Source: a virus
IMG/VR virus record: IMGVR_UViG_3300030098_007301
Coordinates: 99,966 to 163,965 of that record
Reading direction: 5' to 3' (one strand)
DNA: 64,000 nt
A model generated the notes under the pieces. It did not search any database. It had not been told where the DNA came from and saw nothing but the letters and a program-made list of their open reading frames with translations. Each line of letters starts with the position of its first letter. The stretch's first letter is position 1. Below are positions 29,778-37,655 of this stretch, piece after piece. The position numbers and the translations under genes were made by a program.

Positions 29778-30085
29778 CTAATTCAGTATTATTAGCGGCG
29801 GCTTTATTTTTTCAACCTGATTTAGAAATTAAAATTAACGGTTTAGTTTGTTCTTCTTGTGGAATCGGTATTAAGAGGGGCTTTAAGAAGTCTCCCGAAA
29901 TATTAGATATTAAATTTGATACTCGCAAACAGGTCGCCTTAATAGATTTAAAAGAAAGTGATGCCGGTAGGGTATATTGGATTAAAAACGATAAAATTAT
30001 AAAAATCGTAAAAGACGCCGGTTATGAAGTCACTAGTATCAAAAGGCTCTGGAATAAAAAGCCTAACCGATATAACAAGCCGTAG
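29774..30085 (+). CDS. Heavy-metal-associated (HMA, CopZ/MerP-like) domain protein
   Basis: IKINGLVCSSC...I...V..AGYEV HMA pattern. Confidence 0.7.
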   Translation: MTNSVLLAAALFFQPDLEIKINGLVCSSCGIGIKRGFKKSPEILDIKFDTRKQVALIDLKESDAGRVYWIKNDKIIKIVKDAGYEVTSIKRLWNKKPNRYNKP

Positions 30086-30090
30086 TTCCT

Positions 30091-30126
30091 AAAAAAAATC
30101 GCAGCCCCTACGAAAGGAGCTGCGAC
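30091..30126 (-). terminator. Intrinsic terminator
   Basis: TCGCAGC...GCTGCGA stem followed by a T-run on the minus strand. Confidence 0.6.
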
Positions 30127-30146
30127 TTAGGAACTTAATGTTTTTA

Positions 30147-30359
30147 TTACGAGCTGCCTGCGCCCACGTTACCATCTACCGTACCTATACCCACGTTAGC
30201 CTCAGGCTCTGGCGTTGGTTCTGGCTCTGGCTCAGGGGCGGGCTCTGGCGCTGGTGCTGGAGCCGAAGACCCGGCTCCTACATTACCTTCGTCTGCTGGT
30301 AGACCCATGCGGGTCTTCCAGTAGTTTTCATCTCTTTTATGTGCTTCTCTTGGGTCCAT
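30147..30359 (-). CDS. Pro/Glu-rich small protein
   Basis: PAPEPEPE linker flanked by two GNVGAGSS copies. Confidence 0.55.
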   Translation of the reverse strand: MDPREAHKRDENYWKTRMGLPADEGNVGAGSSAPAPAPEPAPEPEPEPTPEPEANVGIGTVDGNVGAGSS

Positions 30360-30377
30360 AATATTTTATCTCCTAAA

Positions 30378-30812
30378 TTAATCTGGGTAAACTTGACCAG
30401 TTACTACTGCTCCTGAAAAAGCAGGAACACAAGCTAAAGCCCATGCTTGAGCACCGTTACGAATATCGGAGCTATTAGCCATCCAGCCAGAAACACTATT
30501 AGCTGTCCAACTCCAGTCATTTGGTAAAGCTGGCCCGAGTCTTTTAGTTCCAGTTACTTCGCCGCTAACACCAGTAAGATCTTCGTACTGATAATGATCA
30601 GTGCCGCTGACCATTCCGCAGCTATACTGATTCCAACGTTCAATAGGTGGCTTGCCAGCGTTATAATAGTCTACGTCATGATAACCCCAAATATTGACAA
30701 CAGCATTCTGATCTTCTTTTTTTGATGCAGCAGTATTAACCTCAACAATACCGAAATCCCAGTAATTAAGTGTTGAGCCAGCGTCGGTTGTAATTGATTT
30801 ATAAAGTCCCAT
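30378..30812 (-). CDS. Hypothetical protein, paralog of 30815..31243
   Basis: Shares YEDLTGVSGEVTG.KRLGPALP..W.W..N.VSGWM with its neighbour. Confidence 0.7.
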   Translation of the reverse strand: MGLYKSITTDAGSTLNYWDFGIVEVNTAASKKEDQNAVVNIWGYHDVDYYNAGKPPIERWNQYSCGMVSGTDHYQYEDLTGVSGEVTGTKRLGPALPNDWSWTANSVSGWMANSSDIRNGAQAWALACVPAFSGAVVTGQVYPD

Positions 30813-30814
30813 GA

Positions 30815-31243
30815 TTATTCTCCTTCAGTTAATGCGTCTGTTGCTCCAGAAAAGAAAGGCACGCAGTTCTTTAACCAAACGTATGCTCCGCTTCTAATAT
30901 CGTCGCTTCTCTGCATCCAGCCGGATACACCGTTCTCAGCCCAATCCCAACCATCGGGAAGAGCAGGGCCAAGGCGTTTTGATCCGGTTACTTCACCAGA
31001 AACGCCTGTAAGATCTTCGTAGTCGTAATAATCTATTGCGCCAGAATATGCACAATTATACATATGACCATCAACAGAGGGAGCGCCTTGATCTCGATAA
31101 GTTTCGTTAGTAAATCCCAAGGTATTGATATTGGAGCCGTAGTCCGGACCAGTAGTGCCTTGGAACCAATTCTCAACACGGCTGATTTTCCAATAATCAG
31201 CTTGTTGACCGTCATCCTTGGTATAATTTAGGTTAAGTCCCAT
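30815..31243 (-). CDS. Hypothetical protein, paralog of 30378..30812
   Basis: Same shared block; GTGTAA motif upstream. Confidence 0.7.
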   Translation of the reverse strand: MGLNLNYTKDDGQQADYWKISRVENWFQGTTGPDYGSNINTLGFTNETYRDQGAPSVDGHMYNCAYSGAIDYYDYEDLTGVSGEVTGSKRLGPALPDGWDWAENGVSGWMQRSDDIRSGAYVWLKNCVPFFSGATDALTEGE

Positions 31244-31277
31244 GTTACAACATATTACACAATAAAATGCGAAAGTT

Positions 31278-32246
31278 CTATTTTTTTTGCAAAAATACCT
31301 CTAATACTCTATTTAAGTCGGCTACAAATTTTTCCTTACTAACTACTCTTTGGCGGCTTTTTAAATATTCAGAAGTTTCCTTTATTAAATTATCGTCCTC
31401 CAGCTTTTCGGCCGCTTCATCTAATGAGTAGTAATAAAATGGGTAATCTTTGCCGAGATACTCAACAACCGAGTCCAGAGGGTTGATTAGTATAGGGGTT
31501 TGGCGAGATATACATTCAACAACAGCGTTATTTGCTATAGAGTCATATAAATCAAGAAATACTACTGACTCAGACATAATTTTATCATATCCAGTATTAG
31601 AGAGATAATTTTCCCGGTGAATATTATTTTGTTTGTGTCTGGTTTTTAAATTAACATTTTTCAAAAAATAAGGATCCTGTCCGTATTCATCCGGGCCTCC
31701 TAAAACTACTTTTTTATAATTAGTCTTAAGCCTGAAAAATGAATCAAAGTTCCTGAGCCACCAGCCGACATGTATAACCCGGCGGCCAAAGTTCTCAAAA
31801 TCAAACTTAATCTCACATTCTTCAGAGGGATGATGCACAAAGCCAATAGGAATATGTATATCTAAATGAGATAGAGAATTTCTAGCTTTTTCTGCATAAG
31901 ATTTACTAAAGGTGATAAGTCCAATACAATTCTCCATAAAAGCTCTGTAATGTTTATTACCATAAAGAGAAAAAATGTTTTGTTCCCATCTAGGGCCATT
32001 TGGGCCCAAAGAAGTACAAGGGTTATGGAACATGTTAATCCATTTGTGATTCATGTGAGGAAAGCGGCCGAAGTTCATTTTTTTACCTCTACCTACGTTA
32101 AAAGTATGCTCGATCATTCCATCGAGCATAACTTCAGCTTTTTCATCATGAAAATGCTTCAGTATCAGTCTAGTAACTCCATTCCAGCCCCATCTATGTA
32201 TCGTCTCCGGAAACGGTTGGTGATTGTATAGATTTATTTTTGCCAT
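31278..32246 (-). CDS. GT-B fold glycosyltransferase-like protein
   Basis: HVGWWLRN and VFLDLYDSIANNAVVECISRQTPIL...VEYLG.DYPFYY C-terminal GT-B pattern. Confidence 0.6.
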   Translation of the reverse strand: MAKINLYNHQPFPETIHRWGWNGVTRLILKHFHDEKAEVMLDGMIEHTFNVGRGKKMNFGRFPHMNHKWINMFHNPCTSLGPNGPRWEQNIFSLYGNKHYRAFMENCIGLITFSKSYAEKARNSLSHLDIHIPIGFVHHPSEECEIKFDFENFGRRVIHVGWWLRNFDSFFRLKTNYKKVVLGGPDEYGQDPYFLKNVNLKTRHKQNNIHRENYLSNTGYDKIMSESVVFLDLYDSIANNAVVECISRQTPILINPLDSVVEYLGKDYPFYYYSLDEAAEKLEDDNLIKETSEYLKSRQRVVSKEKFVADLNRVLEVFLQKK

Positions 32247-32460
32247 AATAAGATTTTTTATACCCTTTTACCTTTTCAGGGTTATTTTTTTGCCATTCTT
32301 TGACTTTATCAACTATTTTGCCTTTATTTTTTTGATAGTAAGACTTAGCTGTTTTATTATCGCAATCTTTGCAATAGTATTTTAATCCATCCTTGGTACT
32401 ACTTTGCTTCCTAAAACGGTCTAATGACTTAGCTTCTTTGCATTTAGTACAGATTTTCAT
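32194..32460 (-). CDS. Zinc-binding domain like the N-terminus of HNH/EndoVII nucleases (no nuclease domain)
   Basis: KICTKCKEAK..D.F......DGL..YCKDC. Confidence 0.6.
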   Translation of the reverse strand: MKICTKCKEAKSLDRFRKQSSTKDGLKYYCKDCDNKTAKSYYQKNKGKIVDKVKEWQKNNPEKVKGYKKSYYGKNKSIQSPTVSGDDT

Positions 32461-32623
32461 ATATCCGAATTATATTTAAAAGCCAGCGGCTTTTATAAAG
32501 TATTTTTGAAAAATATATTTAAGGATAGAGTCGGGTATTTTTGAAAAAGTTAAATAAAAAAGGGCGTGGAGAATGAAATTAGACACCCCCCTCCGCCCCT
32601 GCGTATTACAAGAAGAATTCTTT

Positions 32624-32818
32624 TTAGTAAAGGGGGGGCGGTGGTGGAGGTGGGTGGGGGGTAGGGTACTCAGAAGGCCGGAGGCCTTCCGGTTCGCCAT
32701 AGTCCATCTCGTTATCCTCGAGCTTGGGTGGCGGCCCATATGGGAAGTTATTGGCTCCCCCGTTAAAGTAGTTGCCGGTGTTGTCTGTCAAGGCGTGGAA
32801 TCTCATGGTGCTATTCAT
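32624..32818 (-). CDS. Small proline-tailed hypothetical protein
   Basis: Overlaps the upstream stop; poly-Pro tail comes from a G-rich tract. Confidence 0.4.
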   Translation of the reverse strand: MNSTMRFHALTDNTGNYFNGGANNFPYGPPPKLEDNEMDYGEPEGLRPSEYPTPHPPPPPPPLY

Positions 32819-33038
32819 TTAGTTTGCCCAGCCAATCAATTTCCTCGCTGTACTCAATCTCCGCGAGCGTGTTCTGGACGTTGCTCAACTTCTCCTCCAT
32901 GTCCGCGATGCGTTTCTGAAGGTACTTAACGTGGTCGTAATCATTGCCCCACGACTCGGCGAGGGCTTGAAGGGTTCCACGTACGCTGGCAATCTCTGCC
33001 CCTTGTTTGCTGATGTTCTCTCTCGTTTCTAGTCTCAT
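32811..33038 (-). CDS. Early small coiled-coil protein
   Basis: Own promoter 10 nt upstream; GTTATGAG start. Confidence 0.7.
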   Translation of the reverse strand: MRLETRENISKQGAEIASVRGTLQALAESWGNDYDHVKYLQKRIADMEEKLSNVQNTLAEIEYSEEIDWLGKLNE

Positions 33039-33048
33039 AACTGGAAAA

Positions 33049-33077
33049 ATAGTAACTTAAATCTCAGACTTTTGCAA
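33049..33077 (-). promoter_or_regulatory. Early sigma70-type promoter
   Basis: TTGCAA-17-TACTAT-10 nt-ATG. Confidence 0.65.
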
Positions 33078-33100
33078 GTAAAAAATAAAAAAAAGGTGAC

Positions 33101-33313
33101 CTATTCGGCCACCATGCTCAGGATTCTATCCCAGCGGAATCGCTTCCACTCTCCGGTCTCGACGCACTTGCCGGTGATTCCCGCACAATCGTCGTTCTCC
33201 TCGCGGTTCGCGAACTGCTCCTCAATCTCGACGCTGTAGTTGAACGCCAAGCCCTTGAGATTATCCCGTCCTTCGTGGACGGCCGGTCTGTAATAAATAA
33301 GGAACTTCCTCAT
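33101..33313 (-). CDS. WYL-like/SH3-fold small protein
   Basis: ITGKCVETGEWKRFRWDRILSM resembles the WYL C...R.FR.DRI motif. Confidence 0.5.
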   Translation of the reverse strand: MRKFLIYYRPAVHEGRDNLKGLAFNYSVEIEEQFANREENDDCAGITGKCVETGEWKRFRWDRILSMVAE

Positions 33314-33322
33314 AACGCAAAT

Positions 33323-33351
33323 AGTATGCCTTAAATCTCAGTAGATTGCAA
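33323..33351 (-). promoter_or_regulatory. Early sigma70-type promoter
   Basis: TTGCAA-17-CATACT-9 nt-ATG. Confidence 0.6.
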
Positions 33352-33359
33352 GCCCTAAA

Positions 33360-33599
33360 TCAATCTTTTTTCAATCTTTTTTCATTTAATTCTTCTGGTA
33401 CTTCCTTAACTATCTTGATCTCTTCATGCCTACCGTGGAAGTCTTTGGCGCGATCTAGGTTCTTCCCCCAGTCTCCGTTGTTTCTTCGGCAGTTGAAACG
33501 CTTCTTGGGTTGGTAGTGTTTGACCTTCCCGCGCGCTGGGGGGATCGCTCCCCCCTCAATTACGCGCTGGGTTGCTTTACTAGGCTTCTTGTACTTCAT
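33360..33599 (-). CDS. Basic hypothetical protein
   Basis: ATGA overlap with the upstream gene. Confidence 0.55.
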   Translation of the reverse strand: MKYKKPSKATQRVIEGGAIPPARGKVKHYQPKKRFNCRRNNGDWGKNLDRAKDFHGRHEEIKIVKEVPEELNEKRLKKD

Positions 33600-34642
33600 G
33601 CTTTATTCCTCTTCCTGCTTGCTGATGCCAAACGTCCAGCCCACTTGATGCTACCGTCGGCCTTGGTGGGCATCGCACCCACCAAGTCAGGGCGATCAAT
33701 ACGTAGGTATTCGCTGCGCTCCTCGTCCGTTGACCAACTAGTAGCCACGGTCTCAAGGTATTCGGCATCTTCAATTGATAACTTGGCCACGCGCTTGACT
33801 GCGCGGGTGACGCTTGACGTATCAGCCTTCTTGACGTAATCGGTGCTGATAGCTGGGGTAATCTCTGCCACCTTGCCGTAGGTAGTCGCCAAGGTCTGAA
33901 AAGAAAACCCAAAGGTCATCATTGGCGCACCAGAACCATAATAGGTATGTTGGCTGATGAGCCTGAGATTTTTCAGCTTGGCCTTCTTCAGAATTTTTTG
34001 GAAATCCTTAATGGTCTGCTCCGTCTTGGCCACCGCGTCCTTGCGAGCTTTCTCGGTGACATAACCCTTCATCTTCCTGCGCCAGTTGGCATCGAACGTG
34101 AAGAATATCAACCCTGACTCGTTGAGGTTACGCGCAAACACTTGAAGGGCGTTCCTGACTTCGCTGGTTGGTGAGCCGCAAAAGTCTAGCCAAACAAAAT
34201 CGGCGTTGAACTCCCCGCCTCGCCCCGTCTCCTTGAGCTTGTTGCCGATAGGCAACCCCGCGTACTTGTTGTGCATCATTTCGTTAATGCACCCGTAAAC
34301 GTAATCCGTTTGAACTCTCACGCCGTTAATATCGCGAGAGTCGGCAACGTATTCCCCCTGACGCTTTACGCCTTTTCTGTCCCCAACGGGAACGGATGAA
34401 TCGTCGTAAACCTTGCGGTCATGCTCGACCACAATATTCAAAACCCGTCGAGTACCTGTGGCCTTCGCGGAGTGCAAAGGCGTTTCCTCAAACGAGTTTG
34501 TAAGGCCAGCCAATGAAACCGTGCGAACGGACGCTGGCTTGACCTTGGACATGAACTCAGCGACTTGCTGGTTGATGCTGGCGCGAACTACGCGCTTGTT
34601 TGCTTCCCGTAGGAACTTCTTCGTCTGCGTTGATCTACTCAT
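33596..34642 (-). CDS. Putative SAM-dependent methyltransferase-like protein
   Basis: SLAG, IVVEHD, ADFVWLDFCG and GLIFFTF in Rossmann methyltransferase order. Confidence 0.4.
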   Translation of the reverse strand: MSRSTQTKKFLREANKRVVRASINQQVAEFMSKVKPASVRTVSLAGLTNSFEETPLHSAKATGTRRVLNIVVEHDRKVYDDSSVPVGDRKGVKRQGEYVADSRDINGVRVQTDYVYGCINEMMHNKYAGLPIGNKLKETGRGGEFNADFVWLDFCGSPTSEVRNALQVFARNLNESGLIFFTFDANWRRKMKGYVTEKARKDAVAKTEQTIKDFQKILKKAKLKNLRLISQHTYYGSGAPMMTFGFSFQTLATTYGKVAEITPAISTDYVKKADTSSVTRAVKRVAKLSIEDAEYLETVATSWSTDEERSEYLRIDRPDLVGAMPTKADGSIKWAGRLASASRKRNKA

Positions 34643-34710
34643 AACAATGTTGCTTTCGCTTCCCTAAATATGCCTACCAATTCAAAAAATGTAAAGTATA
34701 AAAATAACTT

Positions 34711-34929
34711 TTATGAATTCTTTTTGTGGGCGTACTCATCAGGACTGATACCTAAAGCGGCCAATATACGCCTTCTTGTACCCACTGAATAAATCCTTCG
34801 CCCCCTATCTTCGCTAGCGCGATTAATGAAGTTGCTGTTTTGAGCCCCCTCAATCTGTTTGCCCATCTCCCTTTCCCTCTGCAAACGCGATACGTTCCGC
34901 TTCTTGCCTTTTCTACTCTTTTTTTTCAT
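34711..34929 (-). CDS. Basic small protein (MKKKSRKGKKRN start)
   Basis: GTTATG start; N-terminus identical to the neighbour. Confidence 0.55.
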   Translation of the reverse strand: MKKKSRKGKKRNVSRLQREREMGKQIEGAQNSNFINRASEDRGRRIYSVGTRRRILAALGISPDEYAHKKNS

Positions 34930-34936
34930 AACCGCT

Positions 34937-35179
34937 TTAACCATTATGCGCACCGTTTTTAGATTCTGCAAGCATTACTTTGCCAGCGGTGTCGAATTTT
35001 CGCCTTCTCCACGTTTCGGCGGCCCGCGCTAACTCCGACCATTCTGTGATCGCCGATCCCGCTTCCCCCGCCCAACTGTTTATCAGCTTGACCTTGCTCT
35101 CGCATTGCTGCACCGACTCCAAGAACCGTTGTTTCTTGCTCATGTTCCGTTTCTTACCTTTTCTACTTTTCTTTTTCAT
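34937..35179 (-). CDS. Basic small protein (MKKKSRKGKKRN start)
   Basis: ATG downstream of a TTGCAA-17-TACCTT promoter-like site. Confidence 0.55.
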   Translation of the reverse strand: MKKKSRKGKKRNMSKKQRFLESVQQCESKVKLINSWAGEAGSAITEWSELARAAETWRRRKFDTAGKVMLAESKNGAHNG

Positions 35180-35274
35180 AATAGCCTCGTAACTGCCAAC
35201 TAAGGTAGTTAAAAATTCAGATGATTGCAACCCCTAAATCAAAAAAAATAAAAATAAATTTTATGAGAATCTAC

Positions 35275-35303
35275 TTGACTTTTCGCGCTAGTTATGGTAT
35301 AAT
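35275..35303 (+). promoter_or_regulatory. Near-consensus sigma70 promoter with no adjacent ORF
   Basis: TTGACT-17-TATAAT with extended TG, pointing into repeat element 1. Confidence 0.6.
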
Positions 35304-35370
35304 CCCGCCCGGGTTTAAAAAAAAATTTAAAAATAAAATATAAAAAAATAAATCTTAGTTTCTGAAGTCG

Positions 35371-35447
35371 TAAGTCGTTGACTATCAATGACTTAGGCCT
35401 TCGGCGCCCTGCGCGCGGGTCGTAAGTCGTTGATTACCAGTGACTTA
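35371..35447. repeat. Paired 25-bp palindrome element 1 (IHF-consensus boxes)
   Basis: TAAGTCGTTGACTATCAATGACTTA, 27-bp GC-rich spacer, TAAGTCGTTGATTACCAGTGACTTA. Confidence 0.9.
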
Positions 35448-35538
35448 CGTATCTGAAAACCTCCATTTTTCGAAAGAACCGTGCCAAATTCGGGTAAAAA
35501 ATAAAAATAAAAAAAATGAAAAAAATCACTTTTTAGGC

Positions 35539-35566
35539 TTGCGTTTTTCTGTGGCTGTGTTATACT
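35539..35566 (+). promoter_or_regulatory. Early sigma70-type promoter
   Basis: TTGCGT-16-TATACT-10 nt-ATG. Confidence 0.65.
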
Positions 35567-35576
35567 GTTCCCAGTT

Positions 35577-35732
35577 ATGAGAGATACGATTCAAGTTGAA
35601 GAGGTTTTCGAGTCCAGCACTAAGATGGTTTCCTGCACTTGTTGCGGGTGCGGCGAGCAGCACCACATCGATCACGATGAGGCCGCCGAATGGCACAATC
35701 TTGAAAATTTCATGTGCTGGGAGTGTGAATAA
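35577..35732 (+). CDS. 51-aa zinc-ribbon mini-protein (not in ORF track)
   Basis: MRDTIQVEEVF...CCGC...CWECE; own promoter. Confidence 0.7.
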   Translation: MRDTIQVEEVFESSTKMVSCTCCGCGEQHHIDHDEAAEWHNLENFMCWECE

Positions 35733-35734
35733 AA

Positions 35735-35869
35735 ATGAGTGATAATATAAAATCTTTTGGTGGTGCGCTGCTACGTCAAGCGCAGATGAAAGAATGGAAA
35801 GCAATCCCTGAAGCCGAACGCCCCACATGGGAGCAGTTTAAGCGCGGATTAAAAAAGAAAAAAAAGTGA
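35735..35869 (+). CDS. 44-aa mini-protein (not in ORF track)
   Basis: MSDNIKSFGGALLRQ...KKKKK; fills the gap between a stop and the next promoter. Confidence 0.5.
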   Translation: MSDNIKSFGGALLRQAQMKEWKAIPEAERPTWEQFKRGLKKKKK

Positions 35870-35879
35870 GTTTTAAGGG

Positions 35880-35907
35880 TTGACTTTTTCCAAAAATCTG
35901 ATAAGAT
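35880..35907 (+). promoter_or_regulatory. Early sigma70-type promoter
   Basis: TTGACT-16-TAAGAT-10 nt-ATG. Confidence 0.7.
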
Positions 35908-35917
35908 AATTCCCGTT

Positions 35918-36151
35918 ATGAGAGATATGAAAACCTACACGTTGTATTGGAAAAACGAAGACACCAACAGGGTGAGCAGCAAGGACTTCACCAGCGAACC
36001 CGGTGTTGACCATTCGGCAATGGATAAGGCTTTGGAGCTGGCCCAAGAGGCTGACACCAATATGTGGCCTTGGATTCTAGAAGAGGACGGTTGCACCGTT
36101 GCCCACGGTTGGGGCGGTGATATGCTGGGAGCCTACCGTTTCCAAGGTTAA
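35918..36151 (+). CDS. Early small acidic protein (MRD family)
   Basis: GTTATGAGAGAT start with own promoter. Confidence 0.75.
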   Translation: MRDMKTYTLYWKNEDTNRVSSKDFTSEPGVDHSAMDKALELAQEADTNMWPWILEEDGCTVAHGWGGDMLGAYRFQG

Positions 36152-36160
36152 AAATAGTTG

Positions 36161-36188
36161 TTGACTTTTCCTGAAATTCTGATATACT
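36161..36188 (+). promoter_or_regulatory. Early sigma70-type promoter
   Basis: TTGACT-16-TATACT-10 nt-ATG. Confidence 0.75.
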
Positions 36189-36198
36189 TTTTTCCGTT

Positions 36199-36393
36199 AT
36201 GAGAGATACGTTTGATAACTTAAGTTGCGAAGAGGTTTTCGAGTTGAACGCGGTTTGTGGCCAATGGCAACAAGAGGCCACTGAGTACATCAAGCCCGCC
36301 CAAAAAGCCGAGCTTGCGGAGCGCCAGCGCAAGGCCGCCGCCGAGATGTTTTGGTTCATCCAAAAACGCCGCCAGCAAGGGGATTGGTTCTAA
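36199..36393 (+). CDS. Early small protein with SCEEVFELNA motif
   Basis: MRD start, own promoter, motif shared with 38988 and 39527. Confidence 0.75.
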   Translation: MRDTFDNLSCEEVFELNAVCGQWQQEATEYIKPAQKAELAERQRKAAAEMFWFIQKRRQQGDWF

Positions 36394-36409
36394 TAAAAAA
36401 ACCAAGTCA

Positions 36410-36486
36410 TAAGTCGTTGAACATCAATGACTTAGGGCCTCAGGGGAGGGCGCCCAAAACGTAAGTCGTTGTCAATCAGTGACTTA
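36410..36486. repeat. Paired palindrome element 2
   Basis: TAAGTCGTTGAACATCAATGACTTA-27-TAAGTCGTTGTCAATCAGTGACTTA. Confidence 0.9.
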
Positions 36487-36597
36487 CGACTTTAAAAATC
36501 AAAAAAAATGACTTTTTAGGATGGGTTTCCGTGCCAACCTGTGCGAATTATTAAAAAAACTTTTTTGAATAAAAATAAAAAAAATGACTTTTTAGGG

Positions 36598-36625
36598 TTG
36601 CAATTTTCTGAAGCTGTGATATACT
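36598..36625 (+). promoter_or_regulatory. Early sigma70-type promoter
   Basis: TTGCAA-16-TATACT-10 nt-ATG. Confidence 0.7.
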
Positions 36626-36635
36626 GTTTTGCGTT

Positions 36636-36806
36636 ATGAGGGAAACCTTAAAAGAAAACAAAAAGTTGGTCTGCCAAGTATGTCAGAGAGAAGACGGAGC
36701 CAAGAGCGAATGGGAAGGCACAATCGAAGTTTGGGAGTGGTGGAATCCATGCGACCACGGTACAATCTGCGACGAATGCCACGAAGACATGATCGACGAA
36801 AGGTAA
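36636..36806 (+). CDS. 56-aa zinc-finger mini-protein (not in ORF track)
   Basis: MRETLKENKKLVCQVC...ICDECHED; own promoter. Confidence 0.7.
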   Translation: MRETLKENKKLVCQVCQREDGAKSEWEGTIEVWEWWNPCDHGTICDECHEDMIDER

Positions 36807-36825
36807 AAAAAGTTAAAAATAGTTG

Positions 36826-36854
36826 TTGACTTTTCACCTAAAGTATGATTTAAT
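36826..36854 (+). promoter_or_regulatory. Early sigma70-type promoter
   Basis: TTGACT-17-TTTAAT-10 nt-ATG. Confidence 0.65.
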
Positions 36855-36864
36855 AGACGGAGTT

Positions 36865-37017
36865 ATGAGAGACAAGAAGCAAATAAAAGAAGCGGCCAAG
36901 AAGGTTTGGAAAAACTATTCTATAATGACACTCAACGGTAACACCTACTTCATCAACGAAGACCGGAAACACCGCCGCCGTCAACTGTCTGGATACTATG
37001 GAAAAAATCCAAAATAG
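36865..37017 (+). CDS. Early small basic protein (MRD family)
   Basis: Start MRDKKQ, 10 nt after the -10 box. Confidence 0.65.
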   Translation: MRDKKQIKEAAKKVWKNYSIMTLNGNTYFINEDRKHRRRQLSGYYGKNPK

Positions 37018-37020
37018 TTG

Positions 37021-37048
37021 TTGACTTTTCAAAAAATTCTGATATACT
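37021..37048 (+). promoter_or_regulatory. Early sigma70-type promoter
   Basis: TTGACT-16-TATACT-10 nt-ATG. Confidence 0.75.
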
Positions 37049-37058
37049 AATTCCTGTT

Positions 37059-37340
37059 ATGAGAGATACGAATAAATTCTTAAACGCCACCTTCAAAGTG
37101 GAGAAGAACCCAACCTACACCGGCAATCACTACATGGCCCGTGTCAACCGAGTGTTGAGCAACACTTACCCGCTTGGTACAACTGAGCAGGAGATGATCG
37201 ACAAGTATCACAATCGCGTCGTGTTGGAAAAAGACATCGACGGAAACAAAGTGCTAGCCGGTGACATTCACCGTGTCGTTGAGGTTTCCTTTTACGAGGA
37301 TTCGATTGCCGATAATGACTTGAGAATCACACACGACTAA
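37059..37340 (+). CDS. Early hypothetical protein (MRD family)
   Basis: 93 aa with own promoter. Confidence 0.75.
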   Translation: MRDTNKFLNATFKVEKNPTYTGNHYMARVNRVLSNTYPLGTTEQEMIDKYHNRVVLEKDIDGNKVLAGDIHRVVEVSFYEDSIADNDLRITHD

Positions 37341-37393
37341 TGGCCGCGCTTACCTCAACAATAATTTTTTTAATACTTTTAACACTTTTCGTG

Positions 37394-37422
37394 TTGACTT
37401 ACCCGCAAAACTGATATATACT
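37394..37422 (+). promoter_or_regulatory. Early sigma70-type promoter
   Basis: TTGACT-17-TATACT-10 nt-ATG. Confidence 0.75.
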
Positions 37423-37432
37423 TTTTTCTGTT

Positions 37433-37651
37433 ATGAGAATTATAGACTACGCAAACGAAAACAAAATAGCCGAAGCCAAAGTCACAATCGCTGAAACTGA
37501 AGGCTCTCTGAATCACCTTGCAAACTCCACATACTTAACCGTTGAGGAAATGCGCGAAACCTGCAAGCGGCTTGCCGAACAACTGACCGAATCACGGGCG
37601 AAGATACACAACGCCATGCACGGTGAGCCAACCTCAATGGACGGAGAATAA
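37433..37651 (+). CDS. Early small helical protein
   Basis: 72 aa with own promoter. Confidence 0.7.
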   Translation: MRIIDYANENKIAEAKVTIAETEGSLNHLANSTYLTVEEMRETCKRLAEQLTESRAKIHNAMHGEPTSMDGE

Positions 37652-37655
37652 AAAA

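Noticed and set aside
36629-36837. ORF-track entries 36629..36829 (+) and 36634..36837 (-)
   Set aside because: A different frame (36636..36806) has the promoter-linked GTTATG start and two CxxC pairs
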